NCBI GenBank assembly: GCA_038279365.1
Contig: JAYODI010000061.1
Coordinates: 1-36,870, forward strand
DNA: 36,870 nt
Reading direction: 5' to 3'
Source of the DNA: Candidatus Latescibacterota bacterium
Lineage (GTDB): Bacteria; Latescibacterota; UBA2968
The position numbers and the translations under genes are program-made. The notes beneath the pieces were generated by a model that did not search any database, was not told the origin of the DNA, and worked only from the letters and a program-made list of their open reading frames with translations. Shown in pieces: positions 1 to 9,211 of this stretch; position 1 is the first letter of the stretch, and each line of letters opens with the position of its first letter.

Positions 1-1
1 A

Positions 2-1414
2 TACATCATGCATGCCCAAAACCTTATTCAGGGCAAAGCATATACCGATTTGGGTGTTTTGTCTCTTGATGGCGTTGCTCAGGCAGGCACCCCTCCAGGA
101 TACCCGCTAACCATTGCCCCACTTCTTGCGCTCTTTGGGTTAAATTTCATTGTGCTCAAAGTACAGATGGCCTTTATTTTTGGCTTCGGCTTATGGATCT
201 ACTGGCGACATGTTCAAAATGAAATGCCATCTCAGTGGGTATTGGGAACATTGGCTTTTTTGGCATTTACGCCTTGGATATTAAAATTTTCCAATAATTT
301 ACTCACCGACATCCCCTACTGCACAACATCTCTACTTGCCATTTATTTGGGCCACCGTTTTTTTCAAAACCAGCCCAACATCAAAGAAGCACTCTACCTC
401 AGCATATCACTTATTCTGGCGTGTTCTTTTCGCAGCGTGGGCATCGTTATCATTGGTACAACCGTTATCTACGCCGCATTGTTCCGACGTAAGCACCTCA
501 TCTACGCATTCGGTATCGCACTTGTTTCATATATCTCTATAGCCTTTATCAATCGCGCATTTGAAGCCGGTGGATCATATGCCAACCAATTTTCACTTGA
601 TCCCTACATTATCGCCAGCTCAATATGGCAAAATACCATTGGATTAGAACGTTCATTTACACAAATGATTGCATTGTATCCATCTCGCAATGAAGACAGT
701 TGGCTCTATTCCATTATCAATTTACCCGTCCTGATTACCTACCTTTCCTTCATGTGTGTGGGCATCTTTCGCAGCATCAAAAAAAGAGGCATCTACCTGC
801 AAGATCTTTATTGGCCTCTTTGTCTTGTCCCCCTTCTTATCTATCCCTATCCAATGCGTTCACGTTATTTACTGCCCTTATTGCCCTTTACACATTTTTA
901 TGTCATCATCGGTTTTAGATACGTATTGGCCAATATATGGCCCCTTATTTCTCAATCATTCCTCAAACCCATATACCGCTACAGAATAATCCTACCCGCT
1001 TTATTATGGATGCCGCTTTTTGTTGCCTATTGGGGGCATTATACACTTCGCCCAACCACTGTAGAAGCAAACATATTAAAAGACCCCGACGTGCAAAGCC
1101 TGTTTCAAGAAATCAACAACCACAAACGCGAGATTTCACGCGTATTGTTCTGGCGCCCACGTATGCTTCGCTTATTTACCGGGGTTCACACGGCCGGTTT
1201 TTATAACCTCAATGAACACCCTTGGACACCACAAGAAATTATGCACATCCATAGCTTGGGCGTTACACATCTCATATTAGACCCCAACAATCCCAAACTC
1301 ACAGAGTTTACAACCCACAACCCGCATCTGTTTAAATCCTTATACAAAAACCCCACTTTTCATCTCATGCGTATTGAACTCTCTCCAAAAACATTAGATG
1401 TGGCGACACCTTAA
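2..1414 (+). CDS. GT-C superfamily (ArnT/PMT-like, GT39/GT83) membrane glycosyltransferase, 5'-truncated by the window edge
   Basis: The frame is open to the window start (YIMHAQNL...). It has a PPGYP motif, 'LLTDIPY', 'RSVGI' and 'RYLLPLLPF' motifs, about 11 hydrophobic segments and a soluble C-terminal tail. Confidence 0.75.
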   Translation, partial: YIMHAQNLIQGKAYTDLGVLSLDGVAQAGTPPGYPLTIAPLLALFGLNFIVLKVQMAFIFGFGLWIYWRHVQNEMPSQWVLGTLAFLAFTPWILKFSNNLLTDIPYCTTSLLAIYLGHRFFQNQPNIKEALYLSISLILACSFRSVGIVIIGTTVIYAALFRRKHLIYAFGIALVSYISIAFINRAFEAGGSYANQFSLDPYIIASSIWQNTIGLERSFTQMIALYPSRNEDSWLYSIINLPVLITYLSFMCVGIFRSIKKRGIYLQDLYWPLCLVPLLIYPYPMRSRYLLPLLPFTHFYVIIGFRYVLANIWPLISQSFLKPIYRYRIILPALLWMPLFVAYWGHYTLRPTTVEANILKDPDVQSLFQEINNHKREISRVLFWRPRMLRLFTGVHTAGFYNLNEHPWTPQEIMHIHSLGVTHLILDPNNPKLTEFTTHNPHLFKSLYKNPTFHLMRIELSPKTLDVATP

Positions 1415-1415
1415 C

Positions 1416-2567
1416 ATGCATATTCTGATGCTCTGTCACGAATTTCCACCTCTTGGCGGGGGGGGAGGGCGCGTGTGTTATGAAATCGCACGCGAATTGG
1501 TGCAATCTGACTGTAAAGTAACAGTGATCACCACCAACCATCGCAATCTACCTCATCAGGAGCATATGGATGGCATTGAAATACACCGCGTTTATGGCAA
1601 ACGCAAAAGTGATTTGCATAACAATGTCCCCATCACAATGGCCAGCTTTTTAACACTCGGTACTCAAAAAGCTCGTCAATATATCCAAAATACGCCAATA
1701 GATTTGATCCATGCCTACTTCACAATTCCTGCAGGTTTGTCTGGCGTATGGCTCAAAAAAACAACTGGGCTTCCCTTGGTTGTTTCTCCTCATGGATCAG
1801 ACGTTCCCCACCACAACCCTGAAAAATTCAATTTACCCGTACGTCTTCTCACCCCAATCATTAAAAAAGTATGGCAAAAAGCAGACCGAGTGGTAACGGT
1901 TAGTGACGGCCTACGCCAAACAGCGTTGCGCACCGCGCCCAATATGCCCATAGATGTCATTCACAATGGCATCGACACACACCATTTCACCCCACCACAC
2001 ATCTCCCCACAAAATAAAATCCCCCAACTGATTGCTGTTGGGAGATTGGTCAAACTGAAAGGATTGCACAACCTCATAGAGGCACTTGCACAAGTCAAAC
2101 AGCAAGGCCATTCCTTTCATTTAAAAATTGTGGGAGATGGCCCTGAAAAAAACAATTTGATTAAACAAGCGGAACATTTGGCAATCAAAGAGTCCGTGAC
2201 GTTTTTGGGGCATATTCCACACGAAAACTTGCCCCACCAGTATCAACAAGCCGACCTATTTGTGCTTCCATCCTTGGCAGAATCCTTTGGTCAAGTTTTT
2301 GCCGAAGCCATGGCCTGCGGATTACCAATCATTGGCTCAACCACAGGAGGTATTCCTGAAGTGGTTGGCTCTCATCAACAAGAATGGCTCATCCCCCCCG
2401 GTGATGTATCAGCCTTAGCAAAAAAAATATCTAAACTGCTCGCCTTATCCGACCAACGTCAAAAACTACGAGAAACCAACCCAGATTATGTTCGCAATCA
2501 CCTCACCTGGTCACACTGTGCACAAGCGTATTTAGAATTGTACCAAAGCCTCATTGTTAAAGTTTGA
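1416..2567 (+). CDS. Glycosyltransferase family 4 (GT-B)
   Basis: N-terminal 'MHILMLCHEFPPLGGGGG', 'VGRLVKLKG' and 'ESFGQVFAEAMACG' (EX7E). The ATG at 1416 lies 1 nt after the upstream stop. Confidence 0.92.
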   Translation: MHILMLCHEFPPLGGGGGRVCYEIARELVQSDCKVTVITTNHRNLPHQEHMDGIEIHRVYGKRKSDLHNNVPITMASFLTLGTQKARQYIQNTPIDLIHAYFTIPAGLSGVWLKKTTGLPLVVSPHGSDVPHHNPEKFNLPVRLLTPIIKKVWQKADRVVTVSDGLRQTALRTAPNMPIDVIHNGIDTHHFTPPHISPQNKIPQLIAVGRLVKLKGLHNLIEALAQVKQQGHSFHLKIVGDGPEKNNLIKQAEHLAIKESVTFLGHIPHENLPHQYQQADLFVLPSLAESFGQVFAEAMACGLPIIGSTTGGIPEVVGSHQQEWLIPPGDVSALAKKISKLLALSDQRQKLRETNPDYVRNHLTWSHCAQAYLELYQSLIVKV

Positions 2568-2783
2568 TCACACCTATTTAAAACCGTAAGAACTTTGTCT
2601 AAAACCTAAAGTATTCATATATTTATGTGATATTGGTTCCATTTGTTTTGGGCCTAAATGTAAACCTCTGATTTCCTCCATTTTTGACCCAAAAACCAAA
2701 AACCAACTCAACCTATTGCCAAATTTGCCGATGGTAATAACAGAGAGCTTGGTACATAACTTGCGTATTCTTATATCTACATA

Positions 2784-2806
2784 AAAGCACCCCCTATTTG
2801 TGCTTT
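2784..2806 (+). terminator. Possible weak terminator/attenuator hairpin
   Basis: AAAGCAC-N9-GTGCTTT inverted repeat in the long intergenic gap, with only a short U-tract. Confidence 0.3.
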
Positions 2807-2898
2807 CTACCACCCTCACAACATCCCACATAAATACCTGTTTTAAAGCTATTTACCATCCCACACCCCGTTGCAAACTATCCCTACAGTAACCTTGT

Positions 2899-2919
2899 AG
2901 ATGGAATATTTTTCCATCT
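2899..2919. promoter_or_regulatory. Palindromic candidate operator
   Basis: Perfect inverted repeat AGATGGAA-N5-TTCCATCT, about 50 nt upstream of the carbamoyltransferase start. Confidence 0.4.
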
Positions 2920-2967
2920 CAGTTTGATATATGTCCTTTTTTGCCTTGAGTTATGAAGGAGCAGACC

Positions 2968-4722
2968 ATGCTTATACTTGGCATTGTCCACCAACATGAT
3001 GCCGGTGCAGCACTTATTGCCAACGGCCAAATTGTTGCTGCCATAAATGAAGAACGTCTCAACCGCCAGAAACTTTATTGGGGGTGGCCCGAATTGGCCA
3101 TTCAAGAAGTGCTTCGCATTGCAAACGTATCCCCTGCCGATATTGATGCCGTTGCCATTTGCAACACCACCAATTCAACAGAGGCAAGTGGGTGGGATAA
3201 TTTTTATGCCAAAGACCTCAAGCGACGGATGCTCATACACTTGTCCAAATTGGGAGTGGCGCGTTTCATTGGTGGCAATCAATTAGGCATTGCAGGCTAT
3301 CGGTTCTTAAACACCAAAAAGTGGAACATCACCCAAAATCGACAACAGTCTCAGTCACTAACAGCATTGGGTATCACAGCCCCTATCCACACCATAGATC
3401 ACCACACATCTCACCAAGCTTCGGCCTATTATACCTCGGGTTGGGACACATGCCTCAATATTTCACTCGATGGTGTCGGTGATGGATATTGTTCGCGCAT
3501 TGCCGTTTGCCAAAATGGCCAGATGCGCCAAATTCACAAAATCCCCTTTTACCACACACCTGGGCAATATTATGGCTTTGTCACTGGATGGGCGGGTTTT
3601 ACCCCCGGTAAACACGAGGGTAAAATCACAGGATTGGCAGCTTATGGGAACCCTCAAAAAGCCATTGAGATCTTTCGTGAACGCATCAGTTACTCACCCG
3701 CAAAATTCTCATTTATCAATCATGGCATGTGGGGGTGGGCAGAGTATGAATATCTATCTAAAAAGCTTGAAGGATTAGACAAAGCCGATGTCGCAGCAGC
3801 CATTCAAACACATATAGAAGATCTCATTACACAATACATCCAACAAGCGGTACAAAAAACAGGGCAATCGCGGATCGTCCTCTCTGGCGGATTGTTTGCC
3901 AATGTTAAACTCAACCAACGCGTTCTCGAAATAGATGGTGTTGAAGACGTTTACATACACCCCCATATGGGTGACGGCGGTTTGGGTGTTGGCGCAGCAC
4001 TCACCTTGGCTTCGCACCATAACCCCATTTTGCCACAACGCCTTCCCAATGCCTATTTGGGTACAACGGCATCAGATACTGAAATTGAACAAGCACTCAG
4101 CCACGAAGGCTTGGCATTCCAGCGACACGAAAATGTAGAAGAGGTCATTGCTGAACAATTGGCACAAGGCCGTGTTGTAGCACGCGTCAATGGCCAAATG
4201 GAATATGGCCCTCGCGCATTGGGCAATCGCTCCATTCTCTACCAAGCCACAGATGTCACCGTGAATAATTGGCTCAACAAACGCCTCAAACGAACCGAGT
4301 TTATGCCATTTGCACCAGCCATTCTTAAAGAACGTGCATCAGAATATTATATAGGGTATCCCACGGCTGACTTTGCTGCCGAATTTATGACCATCACCTA
4401 TAACGTAACCGAAAAATGCAAGCAAGAAGCCCCGGCAGTGGTACATGTTGATTATACTGCAAGACCTCAGACAGTCTCTGAAACAACAAACCCCTCTTTT
4501 TATAAAATATTAAAAGCTTATGAAAGATTAACAGGCTTTCCACAACTTATTAATACAAGCTTCAATATGCATGAAGAACCCATCGTATGTACGCCAACAG
4601 ACGCTATTAGAGCTTTTCAACAAGGTCACATCGACATCTTGGCAATCGGTCAGTACATTGTGCCACATCCAGAATTACAGCAAGATACAAAAACAGAATA
4701 CACTTCATTGCAGGAACAATAA
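2968..4722 (+). CDS. O-carbamoyltransferase, NodU/CmcH/TobZ family (copy 1)
   Basis: Motifs 'HDAGAAL', 'EERLNRQK', 'DHHTSHQASAYY', 'LDGVGD', 'EGKITGLAAYG', 'GDGG', 'GPRALGNRS', 'FMPFAP' and 'INTSFNMHEEPIV'. SD AAGGAG precedes ATG 2968. Confidence 0.95.
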   Translation: MLILGIVHQHDAGAALIANGQIVAAINEERLNRQKLYWGWPELAIQEVLRIANVSPADIDAVAICNTTNSTEASGWDNFYAKDLKRRMLIHLSKLGVARFIGGNQLGIAGYRFLNTKKWNITQNRQQSQSLTALGITAPIHTIDHHTSHQASAYYTSGWDTCLNISLDGVGDGYCSRIAVCQNGQMRQIHKIPFYHTPGQYYGFVTGWAGFTPGKHEGKITGLAAYGNPQKAIEIFRERISYSPAKFSFINHGMWGWAEYEYLSKKLEGLDKADVAAAIQTHIEDLITQYIQQAVQKTGQSRIVLSGGLFANVKLNQRVLEIDGVEDVYIHPHMGDGGLGVGAALTLASHHNPILPQRLPNAYLGTTASDTEIEQALSHEGLAFQRHENVEEVIAEQLAQGRVVARVNGQMEYGPRALGNRSILYQATDVTVNNWLNKRLKRTEFMPFAPAILKERASEYYIGYPTADFAAEFMTITYNVTEKCKQEAPAVVHVDYTARPQTVSETTNPSFYKILKAYERLTGFPQLINTSFNMHEEPIVCTPTDAIRAFQQGHIDILAIGQYIVPHPELQQDTKTEYTSLQEQ

Positions 4723-4724
4723 TA

Positions 4725-5687
4725 ATGCGCCATTGGCGATTTATTGTAAAAATGACAATCAGCATATTATTAATAAGCTGGCTCATTTCAAACTTGGATA
4801 TAAACACAGCTTGGAACGTATTACAAAGTTTTGATGGTATTTATTTTTTTCCACTTTTCATGCTCAATGTTATCGGTATTTTCTTAAGCGTATGGAAATG
4901 GTGGCTGGTCATTCATACCTCTGCAAAAGTACCCTCACTAGGTTTTCTCACAAAGCTTTTTTGGGTTGGCCTCTTTTTTAATAATTTTATGCCAGGACGC
5001 ACAGGTGGTGATGTCATACGAGCGTATGGCCTCACTCAAAAAACTCAGCAGACCGCCAAATCAATGATATCGGTTCTCACTGACCGATTGCTCAACTTCT
5101 TTGCATTATTGACTCTCTGCCTAATTTCTTTTTTGTGCGTTGGCAATTTGGGAAACTTCACCTTTACTTTTTCCGAACTGAACCCTTGGTGGCTCTTAGT
5201 AACTGCCTTTATTGGCCCCATTATTTGGCTAATATTTAAAAATTCAAAACCCATTCAAAAATTTATAACCCCAATACCACAAGCCCTACGTACATCCATT
5301 GAAAAACGACGCACACTATTTGCCGCGTTTATACTGGCAATAGTCTATCAAATTACCATGATTTTAAGCCATGTAATCGTATCAAAGGGACTTGGTCAAC
5401 ATATTGGGCTGACACACTTCTTTTATCTTATTCCTATCACAGCCATCGTCACCTTACTCCCCATCTCAATCAATGGAATTGGGCTGCGAGAAGGGGCATT
5501 TGTCGTCACTTTTTCGCTGGTAGGATTGGCCACAGAAGAAGCGCTTTCATTATCGTTGATAATCACCTTGACCACCCTCTTAACCAGTTTAATAGGAGGA
5601 TGGTTCTATATCACGAACCCAATCTTTAAACCATCATCACATTCTGCAACCTATGATTCAGCTTACGATGGCATTCGAACCAAATAA
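4725..5687 (+). CDS. Lysylphosphatidylglycerol-synthase TM domain (UPF0104) flippase-like membrane protein
   Basis: 'GLFFNNFMPGRTGGDVIR', 'DRL' and 'LPISINGIGLREG' motifs; polytopic hydrophobic profile. Confidence 0.88.
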   Translation: MRHWRFIVKMTISILLISWLISNLDINTAWNVLQSFDGIYFFPLFMLNVIGIFLSVWKWWLVIHTSAKVPSLGFLTKLFWVGLFFNNFMPGRTGGDVIRAYGLTQKTQQTAKSMISVLTDRLLNFFALLTLCLISFLCVGNLGNFTFTFSELNPWWLLVTAFIGPIIWLIFKNSKPIQKFITPIPQALRTSIEKRRTLFAAFILAIVYQITMILSHVIVSKGLGQHIGLTHFFYLIPITAIVTLLPISINGIGLREGAFVVTFSLVGLATEEALSLSLIITLTTLLTSLIGGWFYITNPIFKPSSHSATYDSAYDGIRTK

Positions 5688-5703
5688 CCAAAAGCACATC
5701 ATA

Positions 5704-7002
5704 ATGACACAAACAAAAACAAATCGAACCCTTTTAAAAATCATATTGATTGTTGCATTGGGTATTCGTTTGGCTGCAAGTTGGTCCATTCCCCAAGATA
5801 TGTACTCAGACTCCATGACGTATGATATTCTGGGGCACAATATATCGCAAGGATTAGGTTTTACACTCAATGCAGAGTCTCAAATTCCAAGCCGTGCTAG
5901 GCCACCTGGATATCCCACATTTCTTGCCGCAATATATACCGTTTTCGGTCACAATATACAAATCGCACTTTTGATTCAGGCATTGTTAGGCACCGTCACC
6001 GTCTATTTGGCCTATGCCATTGGAAATATCCTCTTCAAAGAACAAAGAGTAGGGCTTGTCACCGCACTGATTGTCGCCCTATACCCAGGCTTGATTTATT
6101 ATGACAGCCGCCTTTTGCGAGAAGGATTATGTACATTTCTATTTACATTGACCATCTATATGGCATTACAACCAGATAAAAAAGTAATAAGCTTGAAACG
6201 ATATATATTGACAGGTCTATCCCTCGCATTTCTGAGTGCTATCCGTCCCGAAATGATGTTATTGAGTCTACCTATTTTTTTTATTCTCGCACAACCCTTG
6301 CATTCCCTCCAACAGAAATGCAAGCTCGCCCTCATCTTTATCCTCCCAATTTTGTTGATATGGATTCCTTGGACTGCCCGAAATTATATACACTTTGGCA
6401 GCATTTCACCCGTATCAGCAGGTATTGCCACTACCGTATGGTTTGGCACACGTTGGGCAAGTATTGGTGGAGAACAAAATGATGACCTTGCCAGAAAAGC
6501 ATTGCGTCAACGCAACGATGAACTCACAGACGAAGCAATCACAAGTCAAAAAGGTCTGGCGAAAAATACAGGCGAAATTGCCAAAGAGGTGGACCTTGAT
6601 AAACGTTTTTCTCGAGAAGTATGGAAAGACTTAACACAACGCCCTCACTGGTTTGCGGGTTTAATCATAAAAAAAATGTACTTCTTCTGGAGAGATGCCA
6701 ATGGCGTTACCAAAACATTGCCTCGAATTCATTGGTCTCTCCCCTACCTGCTTAATACCTACTATTATACTCTATTGGGTTTATCACTGTTTTGTATCAT
6801 TATCGCAAGGAAAAATAAACAAATATCAAGTATTGCTATAACCATATTAACTTTTATGATGATCTATGCACTCTTACATGTTCGCAACCGATATCGTATC
6901 CCAACCCTCCCCATCGTATTTGTACTTTCAGCGGGTGGCTTTTGGACCCTCTATGACCAACTCAAACATTGGATTTTAAACCGTAAACCAACTACCTCTT
7001 AA
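5704..7002 (+). CDS. GT-C superfamily (ArnT/PMT-like) membrane glycosyltransferase
   Basis: 'DSMTYD...NI', 'RPPGYPTFLA', 'LLREGL', 'IRPE', 'PWTARNY' and 'RYRIP' motifs with multiple TM helices. Start uncertain (5653, 5668 or 5704). Confidence 0.82.
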   Translation: MTQTKTNRTLLKIILIVALGIRLAASWSIPQDMYSDSMTYDILGHNISQGLGFTLNAESQIPSRARPPGYPTFLAAIYTVFGHNIQIALLIQALLGTVTVYLAYAIGNILFKEQRVGLVTALIVALYPGLIYYDSRLLREGLCTFLFTLTIYMALQPDKKVISLKRYILTGLSLAFLSAIRPEMMLLSLPIFFILAQPLHSLQQKCKLALIFILPILLIWIPWTARNYIHFGSISPVSAGIATTVWFGTRWASIGGEQNDDLARKALRQRNDELTDEAITSQKGLAKNTGEIAKEVDLDKRFSREVWKDLTQRPHWFAGLIIKKMYFFWRDANGVTKTLPRIHWSLPYLLNTYYYTLLGLSLFCIIIARKNKQISSIAITILTFMMIYALLHVRNRYRIPTLPIVFVLSAGGFWTLYDQLKHWILNRKPTTS

Positions 7003-7023
7003 TTCCCCCTCTGGAGGACAACA

Positions 7024-7932
7024 ATGACACAGGACCCAACTATGGCACCTGAAAACAAAGAGACTGAAATTACCGCAGAACTCGGCATGGTCAGCATCAT
7101 CATTCCTGCCTACAACGAAGAAAATGCCATTGTCGAAACCATTGAGCAAGTACGACAAGTGATGTCGGCATCTCAATACGATTACGAACTCATCATCGTA
7201 AATGATGGTTCCACGGATAAAACAGGTGAAAAAGCGCGACAAGCCGGTGCACGTGTGCTCAACCATGAAACCAATCACGGTTATGGTGCGGGTTTAAAAA
7301 CGGGTATTCTCGCCGCCAAAGGTGATTGGATTGTGATCACCGATGCCGATGGCACATATCCCAACGACCGAATTCCCGACCTTTTGAGTGAAGCGGGGCC
7401 TCACGACATGGTGGTAGGCGCACGGGTAGGCGATGCCGCTAAAATCCCTCTCATTCGTCGCCCCGCCAAATGGGCCTTGGCACAATTTGCCAACTACCTT
7501 TCCGAAACAAAAATACCCGACTACAACTCGGGCTTGCGCGTTTTTCGCAAAGACTTGGCCAAACGCTTCTTCAAAATTTTACCCTCGGGTTTCTCATTTA
7601 CAACAACCATTACCCTGTCATCACTTTGTAATGGATATCGCGTCAAATATATTCCCATTGCCTACTATGAACGCACGGGCAAATCCAAAATCAAACCCAT
7701 TCGCGATACCTATCGTTTCTTCATGCTCATCTTGCGTACCACCGTTTATTTTAACCCACTCAAAGTCTTCATGCCCATCAGTTTCACCCTGTTTAACTTG
7801 GGCATTGTAAAATTGGCCCACGAAATTTACACTGCGGGTGGTGTTGCCGAAACGTCCATTTTCCTGGTTCTGGCATCTTTCCAAATGGCAGCCTTAGGGC
7901 TTTTGGCAGACATGATTGATAAAAGGCTGTAA
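7024..7932 (+). CDS. GT2 family, DPM1-like polyprenol-phosphate glycosyltransferase
   Basis: 'IIIPAYNEE', 'NDGSTD', 'NHGYG', 'TDADGTY' and 'DYNSGLR' motifs with two C-terminal TM helices. SD GGAGG. Confidence 0.92.
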   Translation: MTQDPTMAPENKETEITAELGMVSIIIPAYNEENAIVETIEQVRQVMSASQYDYELIIVNDGSTDKTGEKARQAGARVLNHETNHGYGAGLKTGILAAKGDWIVITDADGTYPNDRIPDLLSEAGPHDMVVGARVGDAAKIPLIRRPAKWALAQFANYLSETKIPDYNSGLRVFRKDLAKRFFKILPSGFSFTTTITLSSLCNGYRVKYIPIAYYERTGKSKIKPIRDTYRFFMLILRTTVYFNPLKVFMPISFTLFNLGIVKLAHEIYTAGGVAETSIFLVLASFQMAALGLLADMIDKRL

Positions 7933-8025
7933 AGACAAAACTGACGTATTGCCATCACCCATTTGAAATTCAAATACCCATCACCATTGAGACCTTAATC
8001 TCCTTCAATTCACAAAAAGTTACTC

Positions 8026-9204
8026 ATGGCATCACCTCAAAACATTCTCTATATCATCCCACGACCAGAAATTGGTGGTGCCGAGCGCCAGCTCCTCATG
8101 TTGATGCAGGGATTAGATCGCAGGTATTATTGCCCACATGTGGTTTGTCTTGATGGCGATGGCAGTTTGTTAGGGGGCTATCAAGAAGCATCCGAATCCT
8201 GTGTGGTGCTCAATCGCAAAAAAGCATTTGACTGGCGCGTGTTGCAAACACTCCGAGCACATATCCAAAACCTGCAACCGGCAATCGTACACACGTGGCT
8301 TTATATCGCCAACCTCTACGGCAGCATGGCCACACGCACCTCAACCCAGGTACCTGTTATTGTTTCACAACGTGGTTTGGGCATTGACCCACAGCACAGT
8401 GCATTTAAAATTTGGCAAATGCGAGTCTTGAACCGCCTCATTGCCAAAATAAGTGACCGCCTCTTGGTCAATGCACAAGCCGTAACAGAACCGATGTATC
8501 AGGTTGGGTTTCGTCCAGACAAAACACAGATCATTTACAACGGGCTCAACTTAGACATTCACATTACAGAGCAACAAAAAAACAATCTGCGCCGTGAACT
8601 CAACATTCACCCAGACGAAACCATCTTGGCGGCCATTGCACGCACAGATCCTAAAAAAGACTTAGAAACCATGTTGCGTGCATTTGCCATCGTTCACAAA
8701 CAAAACCCAAAAACACGTTTGATTATCGCCGGTGGTGGTTTTCCTGAGTATCAAAAAAAACTCGACCATTTGGCCGAGCAATTAAACATCCAAAGTCATG
8801 TCAATTTCCTTGGGTTTCGAAACGACCCACAAGTCATACTCTCAATTTGTGATGTTTCGCTCTTATCTTCACTCACCGAGGGATTGCCCAATGCCATTCT
8901 TGAATCGATGGCCCTTGGCAAACCTGTTGTGGCAACGGCTGTTGGTGGTGTTCCAGAATTGATTACAGATGGTGTACACGGTTATTTGGTGCCCAAAGGC
9001 GACTACGAACAATTTGCATGTAGTATTTTGAACATCAACACAGATCGAGCCCAAGAAATGGGATTGGCAGCAAAAGCAAAAGCACATCAACAATTTAGTC
9101 AACAAGCCATGATCGATACAACAACACAGGTTTACGACCAAATATTAGGCAAAGAATCCGAACACCTCAATATGTCTATCCAACAAGAAATCATCACTTC
9201 CTAA
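8026..9204 (+). CDS. Glycosyltransferase family 4
   Basis: 'GGAERQL', 'IYNG' and 'EGLPNAILESMALGKPVVATAVGG' motifs. Confidence 0.92.
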   Translation: MASPQNILYIIPRPEIGGAERQLLMLMQGLDRRYYCPHVVCLDGDGSLLGGYQEASESCVVLNRKKAFDWRVLQTLRAHIQNLQPAIVHTWLYIANLYGSMATRTSTQVPVIVSQRGLGIDPQHSAFKIWQMRVLNRLIAKISDRLLVNAQAVTEPMYQVGFRPDKTQIIYNGLNLDIHITEQQKNNLRRELNIHPDETILAAIARTDPKKDLETMLRAFAIVHKQNPKTRLIIAGGGFPEYQKKLDHLAEQLNIQSHVNFLGFRNDPQVILSICDVSLLSSLTEGLPNAILESMALGKPVVATAVGGVPELITDGVHGYLVPKGDYEQFACSILNINTDRAQEMGLAAKAKAHQQFSQQAMIDTTTQVYDQILGKESEHLNMSIQQEIITS

Positions 9205-9211
9205 ATGAGTA

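Noticed and set aside
2574-2831. 85-aa minus-strand ORF in the long intergenic gap
   Set aside because: No recognisable motif or convincing SD, and it is antisense to the cluster; likely spurious.
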